64,000 bases of DNA from Glaucostegus cemiculus (taxonomy: Eukaryota). Where the stretch lies: assembly GCA_976551045.1 (NCBI GenBank), contig CDPCPM010000104.1:1736001-1800000 (forward strand). The letters run 5' to 3'. Numbering within the stretch: the first letter of the stretch is position 1; each line of letters starts with the position of its first letter. The translations under genes were made by a program, and so were the position numbers. Positions 10,521-23,781 of the stretch are shown here, in pieces. The notes beneath the pieces were generated by a model, which worked only from the letters and a program-made list of their open reading frames with translations, did no database searches and had not been told where the DNA came from.

Positions 10521-13157
10521 AATCTACGGTCATCTCCAAGTTCCATCCCAGATAATATGCTCCAAAAAGCTTTACATGTGAAGAATATTTCTCATCTTAA
10601 AATAGTGTCCAAATCAATGACAGATAGGCAATCAGCAGACTCAATCAAAAGCAATGATAGCCATCAATGGTTATCTGCTATAAATATCCTCTCTATTCTC
10701 TCTTAACTTTATAAATATGGGCAATAATTACAATCTAATCACATATAGTTGGGTAAAATGCATGCACAGGTAAAGTCTCATCAGTGATTTATTATGCTAT
10801 TAATTTTTTATCGAAGATCTTTTGCTAGGCAAAAGTACCACTTGTGGTTAATTATTATTGTTAAGGATAAATTTGATTAGCTGCATTAGAAGAATTAATA
10901 TCTGGTGAAAGACCACAGCTTTATCAAGAGTCTCACATTGCTTCATAAGAGTATAACCCAGGAAATAAGTATATGATAAACAGGAACAGCCAAGAGAGCT
11001 AAGTGGACAGTAATTAGAGATATATTTTCTTGGAATTAATATTGTTGTGATACCAAAGAATAATAAATGAGTGGTGCAAGGTTTAAACAGAATTGTTCAG
11101 CTCTTTTTTTCTGTGCAGTGTGTTTTAATGTTAAAAGGGAACAATTATAACAGGGCAGATACATTGCAGACATACGACCACTCTGCCTGGCAATTTGCAG
11201 ACTGCACAATAGTTAATATCTTCAACATTGACCCTCTTCCATTTCCTATCTGTCTGCCCCACTGAAATTATTATAATCAAGCACAGTTTAAGAGTACGGG
11301 TTATGACTAATGAGTGTACTATTGCACTGCAACAGTTTTGTAACATCAAAGTTCCATTATTACTTGCTTAGTCTGTGATTTCTTTTATTTGGTGTTAAAG
11401 TGCTGCCACTTCGCAGCCCATGTGTCTCTCACAATATCTTTTGGAGCACAGATGATTTCTGCATTTCCACTGACAGATAAGTTGTTGTTTGCTCAGCAAC
11501 CAAGGGCCTGAAAAGGTGACAGATTTATGATGTGCAATGCACAGTCCTTGTACTCACATGAGGTGCTAAAACATGAATAACTCTCACAGCTTATGTGATT
11601 GCATCCACATAAAGCATTCAATTGGTCATTTTATAATTCCTCATCAGGAACATTCAGAGCAAGATACGACTTTCTGTACTGCACTCAGACTAATCGAAAT
11701 TCCTCTTACCACTTTTTGGTCTCTCTGTCCAGCAGTTTCCTATACCATTGAAACGTGTATTTAATGTTTTGTTCCCACTTTCTATGCTTTACCCCTCTCC
11801 TTTTTCACTCACTAGAAAAAGAGACCATGATACTAAGATGCAAGACATTTTATGAAGCGAATGTGAACATAACTAGAAAACCTCTGTCATCATCATTTTC
11901 ATGCCAGCATCTAAACAAGTGCCACACTCCAATTTCATACAATGCTAACACAGTGAATGCAACCGGAGTATCACAAGGTTAACAAGAGAAAGGTGATTTG
12001 TATTCAAGGTCAAAGTTGCAGGAGCCAAGAGCACTTTTTTCGAATGTTGGTATTTTTGTCACTTTAGTGCAATTTGTTGCAATATAAAACTCAGCACGCT
12101 CAGTTCGTCAACTTGTGGTATGATACTTGGGCAAAACCAATTTTAACACCCCCACGGACCAATTATTAACAAATATATCCCCTTGTCCAAAATAGAGATT
12201 TAATCTCAAGATCTAAATTTCACTGTAGCTCATATGGGAAAAAAGATCTGTTGCATCTGTATGATTTGGAAGGGGAAGACTTACAAGGTTATTCGATATG
12301 ACTGGACTGTGGCAGTAGGAGAGCCCTGGTGTTAGGGATGGAATGAATGGGCTTTTCAATGATTGGCATCACCAGCATTTAAGCGGGCACTAGACCGTGC
12401 ACCCTGATTTGACTAGGGAACAACTGAGCTTTATTTTAATTAGACTGAGAATCTGTTCAGTAAAGGCAAGAGCCAAACCTGAAGACACACATGAAGATCC
12501 ACCTAAATTTTACCTGACCTAATTACTGCGGCTCAGTAATTTTTATCAATCAACTTAAAAATTGACATTTAATAGATTGAAGCCCATTCAGGTCAACATG
12601 ACCTGCAAAACCAAAACTTTGGAAAACTCCAGTTGATTTATTTGTACTTGATCAATGCTTATCTTTTTGAAGCAGTTTCTTTCAATGTTCTCCCTACAGT
12701 TCATTCTTATTAATTCTGTTGTTCTTTTGTCTTCCAAAAATAGCTCAGATGGTCCAGTAATTTGAATTAAGCAATTGGATTAAAAGGCAGTGTAGCCTTT
12801 TAAGCACACTACGAATATAATTTAAATTAAGTAATTTTGAATGAACAGGAGAATGTGTAACAAGCCCTTTCCCATCTCCCTTGAGCGATCCTGTTATTTT
12901 ATTACATAACCTTATTTCTGAATCCGGTGTCTCTTAATGATGCTGCTGACAGCCTGGGTTTGGAATGAAAATGTTTCATATTTTGTTAGAAAAAACTTCG
13001 GATGTGACAATGGGTAAAAATGTTTTGCTATGAAAATAAAAATAAATAACATTTTATTTAACCTTTATAAATTATCCTTTGCTTCTTTGAATAAATATAA
13101 GCTATATTAGACTGAAATTATTGGCCCTGTATTTATGTTTTTTTGGTTTACTTTAAA

Positions 13158-13325
13158 GAAAATTGGTAAATTGCTTTATTTTGTCACATATACCAAGGTA
13201 CAGTGAAACATTTTGTTTTGCATGCCATCCATTACAGATGATTTCATTACATCAGTACATGGAGGTAGTCCAATAACAGAATGCAGAATAAAGTGTTACA
13301 GAGAAGTGCAGTGCAGGCAAACAAT
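13158..13325 (-). mobile_element. Rex1/Babar LINE 3' UTR fragment
   Basis: Homologous to 41258-41580; minus-strand tail tttcactgtaccttggtatatgtgacaaaataaa. Confidence 0.75.
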
Positions 13326-14351
13326 TTCTCATTAATATAATATGTTAATAATCAACATAATTGAATCAGGAGCAGTGAAATGCCCATGTTTTATGGAAGT
13401 AAAATGGAATTTCCTCCATCTCATTGAAAAGGTTATGGTAAACTTTGCTTAGGAAACCCAACTTGGTCATTTGGCCCTGAAATGGAATGTGCCATTCCAA
13501 TCCCAGTGTCAGCATGATAAGGGAATATTTAAACCTAGCACAACTCCTATGGATTTGGTGCAGCTTTTTAACCACCCCAAAACACAAACTAACATAGTAA
13601 CTTTGTCACTTGGAGTGAAGAAAATGAAAGATTCTAATCTCAGATGGGATTATACAGCATCAAATGGTTAACTAAAGTTAAAAAGGCAGCACAGGGGTGC
13701 TTAAATAATGATGAATGTCAATAGTTTACTAACAAACATAATCTTTGGGCAAGGCTGCTGTGTTGTGCAAAGCTTTGAATCTGTTTTTCCATTGGGGCGG
13801 ATGACTGATTTGAAAAGACATTACTGCTTCTCTCCTTCCCACATTGCACCAAAAGTGAAAGAGTGGTCCACAGTGAAAGGGTAGTCCAAATCTAACTGGC
13901 CACACCCTGGATGGTCCTGTGCAAAGTTACTTAAAATTCTGATTCCATAGTCGTTGAAGCTTTTAAAGCAATAAGTTAAGGAAACTCCAATCACCATTAC
14001 CCATGGAATACAGGCAAGATTTTGGTGATATCATTGGTCCACAATGCACTGTGGGAAGAAGTCACATCTGACTAGAGTGGAGCAAATTGTAATTTATGTG
14101 TCTGTAATCTGTACTATGTGGTCAAAATAAGCATTTTGTTCACCAATAAACAATTGAAATTTGTGGTTCCAGAATGTACGCAGTTTTCCTCCAAAATCAA
14201 AGGTTTAATACAGTGAATGACACTTCCATCGGACTACGCTTAAGTGTGATGACTTGCATATTACAACATCAAAGCTGGGAAAATAATCAGTCATGTCAGC
14301 AACACACTACACAGAATAACAGGGGTGAAAATAGCAACACTAAATTCATTC

Positions 14352-15211
14352 TGTTACAAACAGGGTTACTATTGGTGAATGTCCCTTTAAGGTAGAGCAT
14401 AGTGTATGTGTGGCATGGTTATGACAACAGAAGATAAAGGACGTAATGACGTTTTTGAAGCAGTCAATCGGAGTCAGTCAGAGGAGAAGAGAGAGAGACA
14501 GACAGCAGCCTGTTAGTCTCTATCGCTGCATGAAAAACAGTAACTGTATCTGTCACTACAATCCACGTATGGATTTTTGGAGTAATCTGGTGGAGTCCAC
14601 TTTGTCGTTAACCTGTAGATAGAAACAGGTATTTGTGTGGACGGCCACATCTACGATGCCTTTCGGGGTGACAGATGCTTCAGAACAAAGTAGTGGAGTT
14701 CACTTTGTTATTGACCTGTAGAAGGAAATAGGTAGTTGTGTGAACGGCCATGATTTGAGACGACACTGAGGTGTCGTTTGGGTTCCAGAGTGGAACATTC
14801 GAGAGGCTTTTGGGGTGAGGAAGATGCAGTGGAGTAGTCACTGCAGAGTAGACACTGAGGTGTCATTTGGGTTCCAGAGTAGAACATTTGGGTTTCATAA
14901 TTAGTGTCTATTTTCTCTCTACATCTACATTTTGTCAATGGTGGTTTTGAAGAAGCCTTTGCTCACATTTCACCTTACAGCTTGCTGAACTGAACTTTGA
15001 GAACTATTCCTGGAATTGGAGTTTGGGAGTTTGCCACACACACACTCTGAGTTTAGTTTTGGGGTTAATGTTTAAGATTCTAATATTTTTACTTTTAACA
15101 TTCTAACATTTTTACTCTTACTTCTCTTATTATCATAAGTAGTTATTAATAAAGTAGCTTTTAACACTTATGCATGACTCGGTGTGTTTCTTTTGTCATT
15201 GGTCCGTAACA
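14352..15211 (+). mobile_element. Solo LTR (Gypsy/ERV type), about 860 bp
   Basis: Termini TGTTAC...GTAACA (TG..CA inverted ends), AATAAA about 60 nt before the 3' end, more CpG than the flanks, two internal direct duplications; no clean TSD. Confidence 0.7.
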
Positions 15212-15589
15212 ATATACTGCATGGATTCTTCCATTTCTTTAACCAGGGAAGAAAATGTGGCCAGCACTGAAATATTTGGTTCTCTTCTCTGGAGAAGACA
15301 TGAGATTAGACAGCACATGACAAGTTATCCCATTGTTTTCAATCCACTCGAGACCTAGCACTATCTACCGAGTTATAACAGAGAACAAAGTGAAAGCATT
15401 TGTGAGTATGGTTGGGAGATTAGAGAGGAACACAGGATATGGTTGCATGGATTATTGAGATAATTGAATATTCAGTATGGTACTTGTATTAGTGTCAATA
15501 TTGCCGGTTGATCTAATGAAGATTATTAACCTAGGCTTATAAACAGAAAAAGCTCAATTTGCCAATAAATTCTTTCATCCCATTGTCTT

Positions 15590-15960
15590 GTGGAATGTGA
15601 CTATCACTGGCAAAACTGGAATTTAATGCCCCGTCCTCAATGAACTCAAGTTAAGAGACACAAGCTACCTTCTTGAACCACTTCATGTCTTGTGGTAAGG
15701 TAGGGTGTTCTAGGAGTTTAACTGATCAACAGTGATATATTTCCAGTTTACAGTGGCTGGTGACTGACAGCAGAACTTACTGGTGGCGGCATTCCCTGTG
15801 CTCGCTGTCCTTATCCTCTTTAGGTAGTAAATGCTGAAGAAGTCTTGGCCTTATTTAGATGATACATACTGCAGCCAAGGTGTGCTGTTGGTGGAGTGAG
15901 TGAACATTCAAGGTCGTGGATAGTGTGACAGTCAATCAGGTCACTTTGTCCAGTTTTGTG
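15590..15960 (-). mobile_element. Old LINE 3' fragment (same family as 6555-6880)
   Basis: ctaccttcttgaaccac...gatatatttccag...gtggtggcggcattccctgtgctcgctgtcctt...tactgcagcca. Confidence 0.65.
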
Positions 15961-16025
15961 TTTCTGAAGTGGTGATTGTGCAGGGTGTATGACGAGCAAA
16001 CCTTCAAGTAAGCCTGGGCCTAAAA

Positions 16026-17200
16026 ATGAAGTGTATCATGGCTGTAGCAGGTGCTGACAGGTATTCTGCAACTGAAATCTGTGATAAAGTGGCACTGTGC
16101 AAGAGAGAACAGGAGCACAACACTGGAGTCCTTGGTGGAGGAAGGTCAGAGAAGGAAAGATGTGATCTCTCCACAGAAAATTCTCAGGAAAAGCAGTGGG
16201 AAAGGCAACTTTGACAGTCAATGCCTGAGATCAAACAATGAGGACCTGAATGCAGCATCAAACAAAAAGATTCAAGGACCTTGCAAGTCGTCTGGATCAA
16301 TAAATAGATATTCAGATAAGCCATTTGAACAAGTTTATCATTAGACATTTACACTTGACCCTAGCGGGACAAAGTGTCCTAATTGATTACCATGCTTTCT
16401 AATACTTTGAGCGTTCGTTCACTCCACCAATGTGCATACCACCTAAGCAATGCCAACTCATCAATTCCCAACACTTCCATCACTCACCTACCCACAATAT
16501 TTTGGAACTCATGCCTAACAAGGCATAGATTCACTTTGCTCTCTCCCTCTTAACATTGTTGCAAGCTTCACACCCACATCTCACAGCTGGAACTCAAGAA
16601 GATATTCAACTGTGACAACCATATCATCTAGCCAGGCTGTGTCACTGACTACTCTCTCTCTTGCAGAGGCAAATACCCTGCAGGGGTGGCCACACAACAT
16701 GTGGAAGAGATGGTACAAGCCACATCTGGAGTGGTCAGTACTGAGGCTAGGAGTAAACTTGGAGCTGAAATGAAAGCTGATAATAGTATCCCCACAACTT
16801 CTCTTCTGTCCCAATCTCTTCGGAATTACAAGCTACAGATGGTATAAGTATACACCCTTACTTAAACAACCCTCATTACACCACAACCTGACTCCTTGGC
16901 CTATCTTTCAGGTAACAAGATCTGCAGTGCAGGTGGTGATAGAAAGGATAAAGAAACATCCTCACTTAATTTAGCACTCCCAGGCAAGAGCAGACACTGG
17001 CACCACACAATTCAGTGGTTAGTACAGAAGCAGGGGGTATCCTCACACATCAGTGGCCTGCCAGGGCAGTGGGAAAGTGTTGTGAAGCTGCCAACTCCCT
17101 GTAGGGAGAGGTGAGACATGAATTCTGGTGCATCGGACTCTGATAAAAACATTGAAGGATTAGCTGATGAGTATACTCAGTGAAATACTTTGTGTGTAGG
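16026..17200 (+). pseudogene. Decayed Myb/SANT-like (NAIF1/MSANTD-type) gene of a PIF/Harbinger transposon
   Basis: Frameshifted peptides LESLVEEGQRRKDVI, KQWER, VNA, RT*MQ, KRFKDLA fit the Myb_DNA-bind_5 pattern (LExLVEEV..RRDVL..W..VNA..RT..QC.KKFNDL); acceptor-like sites at 16666 and 16911. Confidence 0.6.
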
Positions 17201-18289
17201 CAGGCCTGCAAGGAGCAAAGCAGGAAAGAGGAAATTAGAGAAAATGTATCCCTCTTTAAAAGTGGGACCTTTTTAAGACATCAAGTGACCTACATCCTCT
17301 GTGTTAAATTTACTGTTTAGTCATTGTATTCTCAGAAGAAACAGATTAATTATCCAGCCTCTCTCACCAAAGTGATGGTGTGTAGCCAGGTTTTGTAGAA
17401 AGCTGGTTTTCATGTTAGCAGACAGCCACTCTTCTCTACAATAACATCCTAATGGAAGTATAATCAGTGTGAAACAATACCCATGGGCACTTTCTGGCTT
17501 CATACAGAGCTTGTGTAGGCCAGTGGTGATGCTTTCTTTACTTCCATCATTTTAATTTGGCTCCATGTGCATTGGGGAGCATTAGGTTTAAAGAGCTCAG
17601 ATCATAATGAAGTCTTTAACTAGGCCTTTCCCTTAGAGCAGTCGATAGAAAGTGCTAAATGTTGATGCATGAGCTTAATTGTTGTGATTAATCCTTCCCA
17701 GCTTGTCACAAAGAGGCCAGATTTAATTCTTGAAGTGTAAAGATTCTTTATGACAACAAGTGCTGTCAAAACAGTTGAACAATGGACTCTTAATCCCAGC
17801 GATCTGTGGAACTAACAACTCCCTGACAGACGCACTGTTGTAGAATGGGCCAGTTTTGACAATCTTGCACTCTCACACATCCAGTGTCTCAGGGACATGT
17901 CATCTGCTTTCATCGTTAGTGGGCTAGAATTGTAACTGGAGTGTGTTTTGGAAAACTGATTCAACGCCAATCAAAATACAGATCGTGAAATGTGCAATTG
18001 TGTAATTATATTCTTTGCTGGTTTGAGGTGAAAGATTAACTGGGTGTACTAAAAGCAATGTGCAAGTTATGTGGGTGGTTGGAGAGGGGGAATAATTAAC
18101 CTCAATATCAGTCACCTAACAGCTCTCTATGATTGTTATAAATCACCATGTTTTCAACTAATCTGATTTTTCTTCATAATGAAGTGAAAATGCAGCTATT
18201 GATGGAAGAAAAGTAATTCTCCAATTTTATGCAGGAGAGGCTGTTCATTAGAAATCAGGTGTACATCTCAGCCACTATCTGAGACTATG

Positions 18290-18900
18290 CTAGACTAATC
18301 ACAATCTGGCCGTCATATTGCATCCAGAACCAAGGCAATATACTTCCATCTCCATAACATCACCTGGCTTTCTCCTTGCCTCAGATTATCGACTGCTGAA
18401 ATCCTTATCCATGCTTTTGTTGCCTCTGGACTTGGCCATTTCTCTCCTGGGAAGCCTGACACCCTATCTTCTCTGTGAACTTGAGTACATTCAAAATTCT
18501 CCCATCTGTATCCCAAATCACACCAAGGCCGCTCATCGATTTCCTCTACTGACTCCTCAAATGCTTCAATTCTAAGCCTTGCTTTGAAATCACCTAATAG
18601 CGATGCCACTCCTTAATTCTGTAATCTCCTCAAGCCACACGGCCTGACAAGATCTCTGATCCTATTCTGGCTCATTAGAACTCAGCACTCCAATATTGGC
18701 AGTTATGCTTTCACTCTCTCTGCCTCTCTTCTCCTTTGAGCTGCTCTTTAAAACTTACCTCTTCCACCAGGATTTTGGTCACCATTACCTGAAGTGATGC
18801 AATGCCAAATTTTATTTGATAATACTTCTGTGAAGCAGTTGGGATGTTTTACTACATTAATGGTGATGTTTTATATCAAATTGGTGTTTTTATTGAAATA
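18290..18900 (+). mobile_element. L2 LINE 3' end (ORF2 C-terminus plus 3' UTR)
   Basis: Encodes YFHLHNI..L.PCL...AEILIHAFVASGL and IQNS, matching the L2 motif HAFVxSRLD..GLP..QN; tail tgtgaagcagttgggatgttttactacatt. Confidence 0.8.
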
Positions 18901-20242
18901 ACAATCTTTACATTTCTCATTTCAGAAGTTAAACTATATTTCTGGCCAAGAAAATACCCCAGTGTACTTGTTTTTTATATAACTTTAAGCCCAAAACGTG
19001 TGAATTTTATTGCATAAATGCTGAACACTCTCATAAAATAAAGGTCTTAATGCCACAGTCAAAATAACAGAACAAGGAATTTGATACAAATGCTTGAAAT
19101 GTTAAATGGTAAAATTAGTGACAGTCATTTTCAGACCCATGTTTTGCTGCTCTTGTTGCTTGCCAAGAAAGTGACATTCAATAGTTTTATTGTGTTGATA
19201 AAATAGTAACTAGAAGTACTACTCTGCTATGGTACTATCATACATTTTTTAAAAAATCAGCAGTTATACTCCACCTCATCCCCACTACTCACCAACATAC
19301 TTTAGAGTGGCTTTGGAATTCCTGATGCAGGGGAGCAACTTCAGCCTGAAGTGGAAGTGGGACAATATTTACTGCGGAATTTGGTCACTACTAATCAGTA
19401 AGGCATGGGGAAGTCAAAGCTGCGGTACAAGAACTGGAATGCAAGTATTTCCTTAATTCAATGCAAATAAGAGTTCTGCCTGTAAGCAAGTTATGACATT
19501 TTTCCTTTAATGAATGAATTAGAGTTGAGCTGTAACAGAAGATGGGAATGGCCAGATCTGTGAGCTACTTCGTTCAGTTTTCCCTTCAGTTCACACACAT
19601 TTTCACTAAAAATTCTCAACTATCTCCATATGTTTTCAATGTTTGCTCTCACCCACCACCACCCTCGGCTCCAAAAAAGCTTCAAGACAAAAATAGATAC
19701 TTCTGCATGGATGTATATGAAGATGCCAGTGTAAATATAGACACAGTTTAGCTGCAAGAATAATCCAGAGATTTGGCATGGTTTAGTTGAATCTCTTTGC
19801 CAGTTTGTGTCAGCATTTCTCCTTTTCAGCACATCACTATGTGTGCCAAAACTGACAAACCTGACCTTTGATCTTTGAAGTCCCTGTGTTCAAGCAATGG
19901 AGATGTGATTCTAGCAAATTCCCCAGACAGCAAGTCATCAAACGGAAAAGGTGTCATTTCCACTCCCACTTCCCATCCAATTTTGTTTTTGGCTGCTGCT
20001 TTTATAGCAGATGATGCTCTAGGCTGATTTTATTTTAGGTGCTTTGTTGACTTTAATTACAGTGCTTTAAAAATGGCACAAGATCAGGAATTGGGTCTAA
20101 GTAGCAACACAAACACATGTTCAGAGACTTGTGCATCTTTCACTCACTTAAGTCAATTTAACTGAATATTGTGCCATAAAAAGGATTGGTTATATTGATG
20201 CAACCAATGTCACAATCCAAATTGTTTCTTAATGGCCTTGAG

Positions 20243-20270
20243 CGAGAGAGAAAGAGAGAGAGAGGAGAAG
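20243..20270. repeat. Imperfect (GA)n microsatellite
   Basis: gagagagaaagagagagagaggagaagag. Confidence 0.8.
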
Positions 20271-20349
20271 AGCCTTGTGACACAACCATAAGCTTGCATC
20301 AGAAGTGACACAGTTTTGGAGCAATGGGCCTGAATTATATAAGAGGAAA

Positions 20350-20640
20350 GGCAATAGGAGAAGGAGTAGACCATTCTGCCCCATGGCTGCTCTGTTTTTG
20401 GCTTGAACTTCACTTTCTTGCCAGGTGCCCACAATCCTTGTGGACCAAATATCTGTTGACCTCAGCCTTGAATACATTCAATGATATATCTTCTAGAACC
20501 CTCGTGGATAGAGAACACCAAATATTCCCTACTCCTTGAGAGAAGAAATTAAGCTCCCAGAATCTTATACATTTCAGTAAGATTCATTGCTCCAACCTCC
20601 AATGAGTGTTGGCTCTCCCTGCTCAACATAAGGCAATCTT
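20350..20640 (-). mobile_element. Old CR1 LINE 3' fragment
   Basis: ataggagaaggagtagaccatt...aatatctgttgacctcagccttgaatacattcaatga...agagaacaccaaatattcc...agaagaaatt, a typical CR1 3' end in reverse. Confidence 0.6.
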
Positions 20641-21941
20641 GTTTTGCTCCCCATGAGTACCAATCTAAGCATACTCAGGTCTGTCCAGTACTTGAATGAG
20701 AGGCTAGCGAGATATACCAGCTGCTGTAGTTTTGCTCTCTAGGGAAGCACAAGACCAAAGTAGCAAACGAATGCATTTTGCATGGTATTCATTTAAAAGA
20801 AAGTGCCAATCATCACATCACAGTGCTTCTCTGACACCAAGAGAAAGGTTTGGTTTCGTGAAGGCAATAGCACTTGAAAACACCAAGGAAACTAGACTAG
20901 AAAAAATGTGAGACCTTTAATGCCAACTGTTCCCCTGTAGTTGAAGAAAAATCCATGAAATGCGAGCTCACAGGCTGCCAGATCTAACGTCAAATGCACA
21001 AACTCTTTCACGTCAGTGATTAATTGTGTGTCAGAAGGCAGTTCAAATTGAAATACTCCAGCTAGTCACTCTGTTCATACAATCCAAACAGTCTCCTAAT
21101 AGCTTGAAACATTTAGACAAGTAATTTAAAAAGACAATTATTGCAAAAATAAACTTACGGCACATGGAGTATTAGTGACTTAACTATCATTCCCCAACAA
21201 AATCAATGGCAGATGTTTGCCTTCATACTGACCAGTGCAACATGAAAATTTCTAATCTCATTTCCAGAGAAAAAAATATTAAACAAACATTATTGTTTCA
21301 ATTGCTAGAAAACTAAATGGAGACTGGATTACACTGTTTGAGAGCAGAGCTTAAAACAAGGATCATTTCTGAGATTTAGATGTTCACATATGTCAATCAC
21401 AATGCTCATATTTTTAAAAATGGATCCATGCATTTTGAGTTCAAAAGAGAAGTGACTGTCATTGAGGGGAAATAGGACATTCGATAGCACTTACAGCATC
21501 ATCATTTTCCCTTGTGTTCTTTTAAATGCTCCTTAAAACTCAGAAGTCGGGAAATAGGGGAAAGGGAAATTGCCTAGCATCTCTTGTACCATATCTGAGC
21601 AAGGAAAAAGGTTGGACAGTCCTTTCACAGAATGAGGGCTGAAATGGCTTGCCTATGTCGTTCTATGTCTCTATCTCTAAAGTGGCTCTGTTTATTGCCT
21701 ATGAAGAATAATACATTCAGGTTACCTCGGGGCTGGTGGACTGAAGATTCACATTCTGTTCCTGCTGATGTAGGTTGCATGAGTTCCTGCTGTGTCCTGG
21801 ACTGCCTCTGTTGTCACTAATCACTTGTAAGCCACGTAACCCCTATAAACACAATGGACTTCCCATGAAAGTGCCCAGAGAACTTGTTTGTCTCAGGTCC
21901 TTTTAGGATTCTGGTGCCACCCCCCTATAATGTACACCATG

Positions 21942-22340
21942 TAGAACATAGAACAGTACAGCACAGGAACAGGAACAGACCCTTCAGCCCACAATATCTG
22001 TACTGACCATGATGCCAAATTAAACTAAATCTATTTGTCTGCATATGATCTATTTCCTCATTCCCTACATGTTCATGTGGCTGTCTAAATGTCTCTTAAA
22101 TGCCGCTATTGTGTCTGCTTCCATTATTAGCCCTGGCAACATGGTCCATACACCTACCACTCTCTGTGTAAAATCCTTACCCTGCACATCTCCTTTAAAC
22201 TTTCCCTCTCTCACCTTAAAGCTAGGATCTCTAGTATTTGACATTTCTACTCTGAGAAAAAGATTCTGAGTATCTACCTTCTCATGGTTTTATAAACTTC
22301 TATCAGGGCTCCCATCACTCTCCAACACTTCAGAGAAAAC
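21942..22340 (-). mobile_element. CR1 LINE 3' fragment
   Basis: agaacatagaacagtacagcacaggaacag tail; close homolog of 32309-32950 (ccactctctgtgtaaaa..ttaccctgcacatctcctttaaac). Confidence 0.9.
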
Positions 22341-22383
22341 GTTTCGTGCAGGTCAAACTTTGATCTCCTGACTCTGAACATCT

Positions 22384-22620
22384 TTGGTACAGGATAATTA
22401 CAAGGTGTTTCAGCAGTTCTCTGCCATGCCTCGCAATTATCTACTCAATGTAACATCTAAGAGTTCACTGAGGCTCTACACTCATGAAGGAATGACTTCA
22501 GGTACTTTGGTTTCAGTGAAGAAAGTCGCATCCCTAGCATTGGGACTTGCCAGCATTGTTGGACCCAATGAGTCTAGGCAGAACTTGACTCTACTCATGC
22601 GCCCATATATAAATCCAAGT
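22384..22620 (+). pseudogene. Probable Harbinger Myb/SANT-gene relic; direct repeat with 24381-24492
   Basis: Peptide RLYTHEGMTSGTLVSVKKVASLALG resembles the post-SANT TGGG..LT..E..AL..LG segment; lies directly upstream of a transposase relic. Confidence 0.4.
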
Positions 22621-22639
22621 GCACCTTTAAGAAGTGAAC

Positions 22640-23330
22640 CAGACACTGCAATTGGTTGACAGTTCCTGCTTCAATAAAGGATGTTCCTATGATATATCTT
22701 CCTCTGTTATTTTCCTTTACAAACAGCAAGATAAAAGGGCCTACAGATACTATAACTTGGGCTCCTCTTCACAACTATCTTTTATGGACAGAAAAGGATG
22801 CCATCTCTCAATATGCAGACCATTGTGGATCACCAGAAGAACTTACTGAGGGTCAATGGCACTGTTTCTAGGATGCAGGTACAGCTTGTTAATCATGAGA
22901 GAGTTTGCATTGCCAGACATTTTCAATGGCCACAACTGCCCTGAGGTATGAATCCTGGGGGACTATGCTATCCTTTGTATCCCTACATCCTATCATCAAT
23001 GCATTTTCCATCCATATCAGCTAGGTGCAGGTACAATGAGAGCCACCAAATTACAAGGATAGTAATGGGAAATGCCAGAAGTCCCCTGAAGATAAAATTC
23101 TACTATCTGCATCAGTGCAAGCAGATGCTGAGACCTCATTGTTGTGTTCGACATGCTGCAGCGTCTTGGAAACAGAAGGTGGCATCCAGTGCTGGAGGAA
23201 GAGCAGCATGGAGACCCAAAGCCACGAAGCTGAGCTTGGAAAGCCGCAGGAGAAAGAGGAGCAGACTGGGACATGTCCCTGCGCAAAGTCCACAGAGTCA
23301 TCTCCCAGCTGAGTGGAGAATTTAGGCATT
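22640..23330 (+). pseudogene. Decayed PIF/Harbinger DDE transposase (HARBI1-like)
   Basis: Frameshifted motifs in the expected order: QDKRAYRY, RKGCH + LNMQTIVDH (cf. RKGFHSLNVQxVCD), ILGD + YPL (cf. LGDxGYPL), RYNESHQITR, LKIKFYYL (cf. LKMRFRCL). Confidence 0.8.
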
Positions 23331-23356
23331 GTTTACACAGGATACAATAAAATGTA

Positions 23357-23635
23357 ATCATAGAGTCATATATACATAGAAACAGGTCCTTTGGCCCAAT
23401 GAGTCTTCAACAACCATCAAACATCCATTTAGACTCTTCCTAAACTAATCCCATTTTATTCTTGGCAATGGCCAATTGACCTACCAACCCATATGTCTCT
23501 GGAATGTTGGAGGAAACTGGTGCACTTAGAGGAAATGCACATAATTACCAGGAAAACTCCACACAGCCAGCACTGGAGGTTAGCATTGGACCTGGGTCAC
23601 TGGAGCTCTGAGGCAGCTGTGCCACTGTGCTTCCT
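23357..23635 (-). mobile_element. Older tRNA-derived V-SINE (HE1-like) with CR1-type tail
   Basis: Minus strand: tRNA-like head (agtgacccaggtccaatgctaacc), V-domain (ccagtttcctccaacattcc), tail ttgggccaaaggacctgtttctatg. Confidence 0.8.
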
Positions 23636-23781
23636 GACTCTTAGACAGGGAAATGTTTTTTCTTAAGGAGCCAGCAAAACCATCATCCCCTATGAAAGTT
23701 AAGTGACGCTCTCCATATTTCATTGGTCATCAATACCATAGCACACTAATATCCAGCCAAAGGAGCCCAGATTACACAATA

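Noticed and set aside
14590-14890. CRISPR-like repeat-spacer array
   Set aside because: Only two copies each of two different units, inside an LTR of a vertebrate genome; no cas genes
17164-17190. CTGATGAgtatactcagtGAAA as a hammerhead
   Set aside because: The local palindrome pairs with the core itself; required helices are absent
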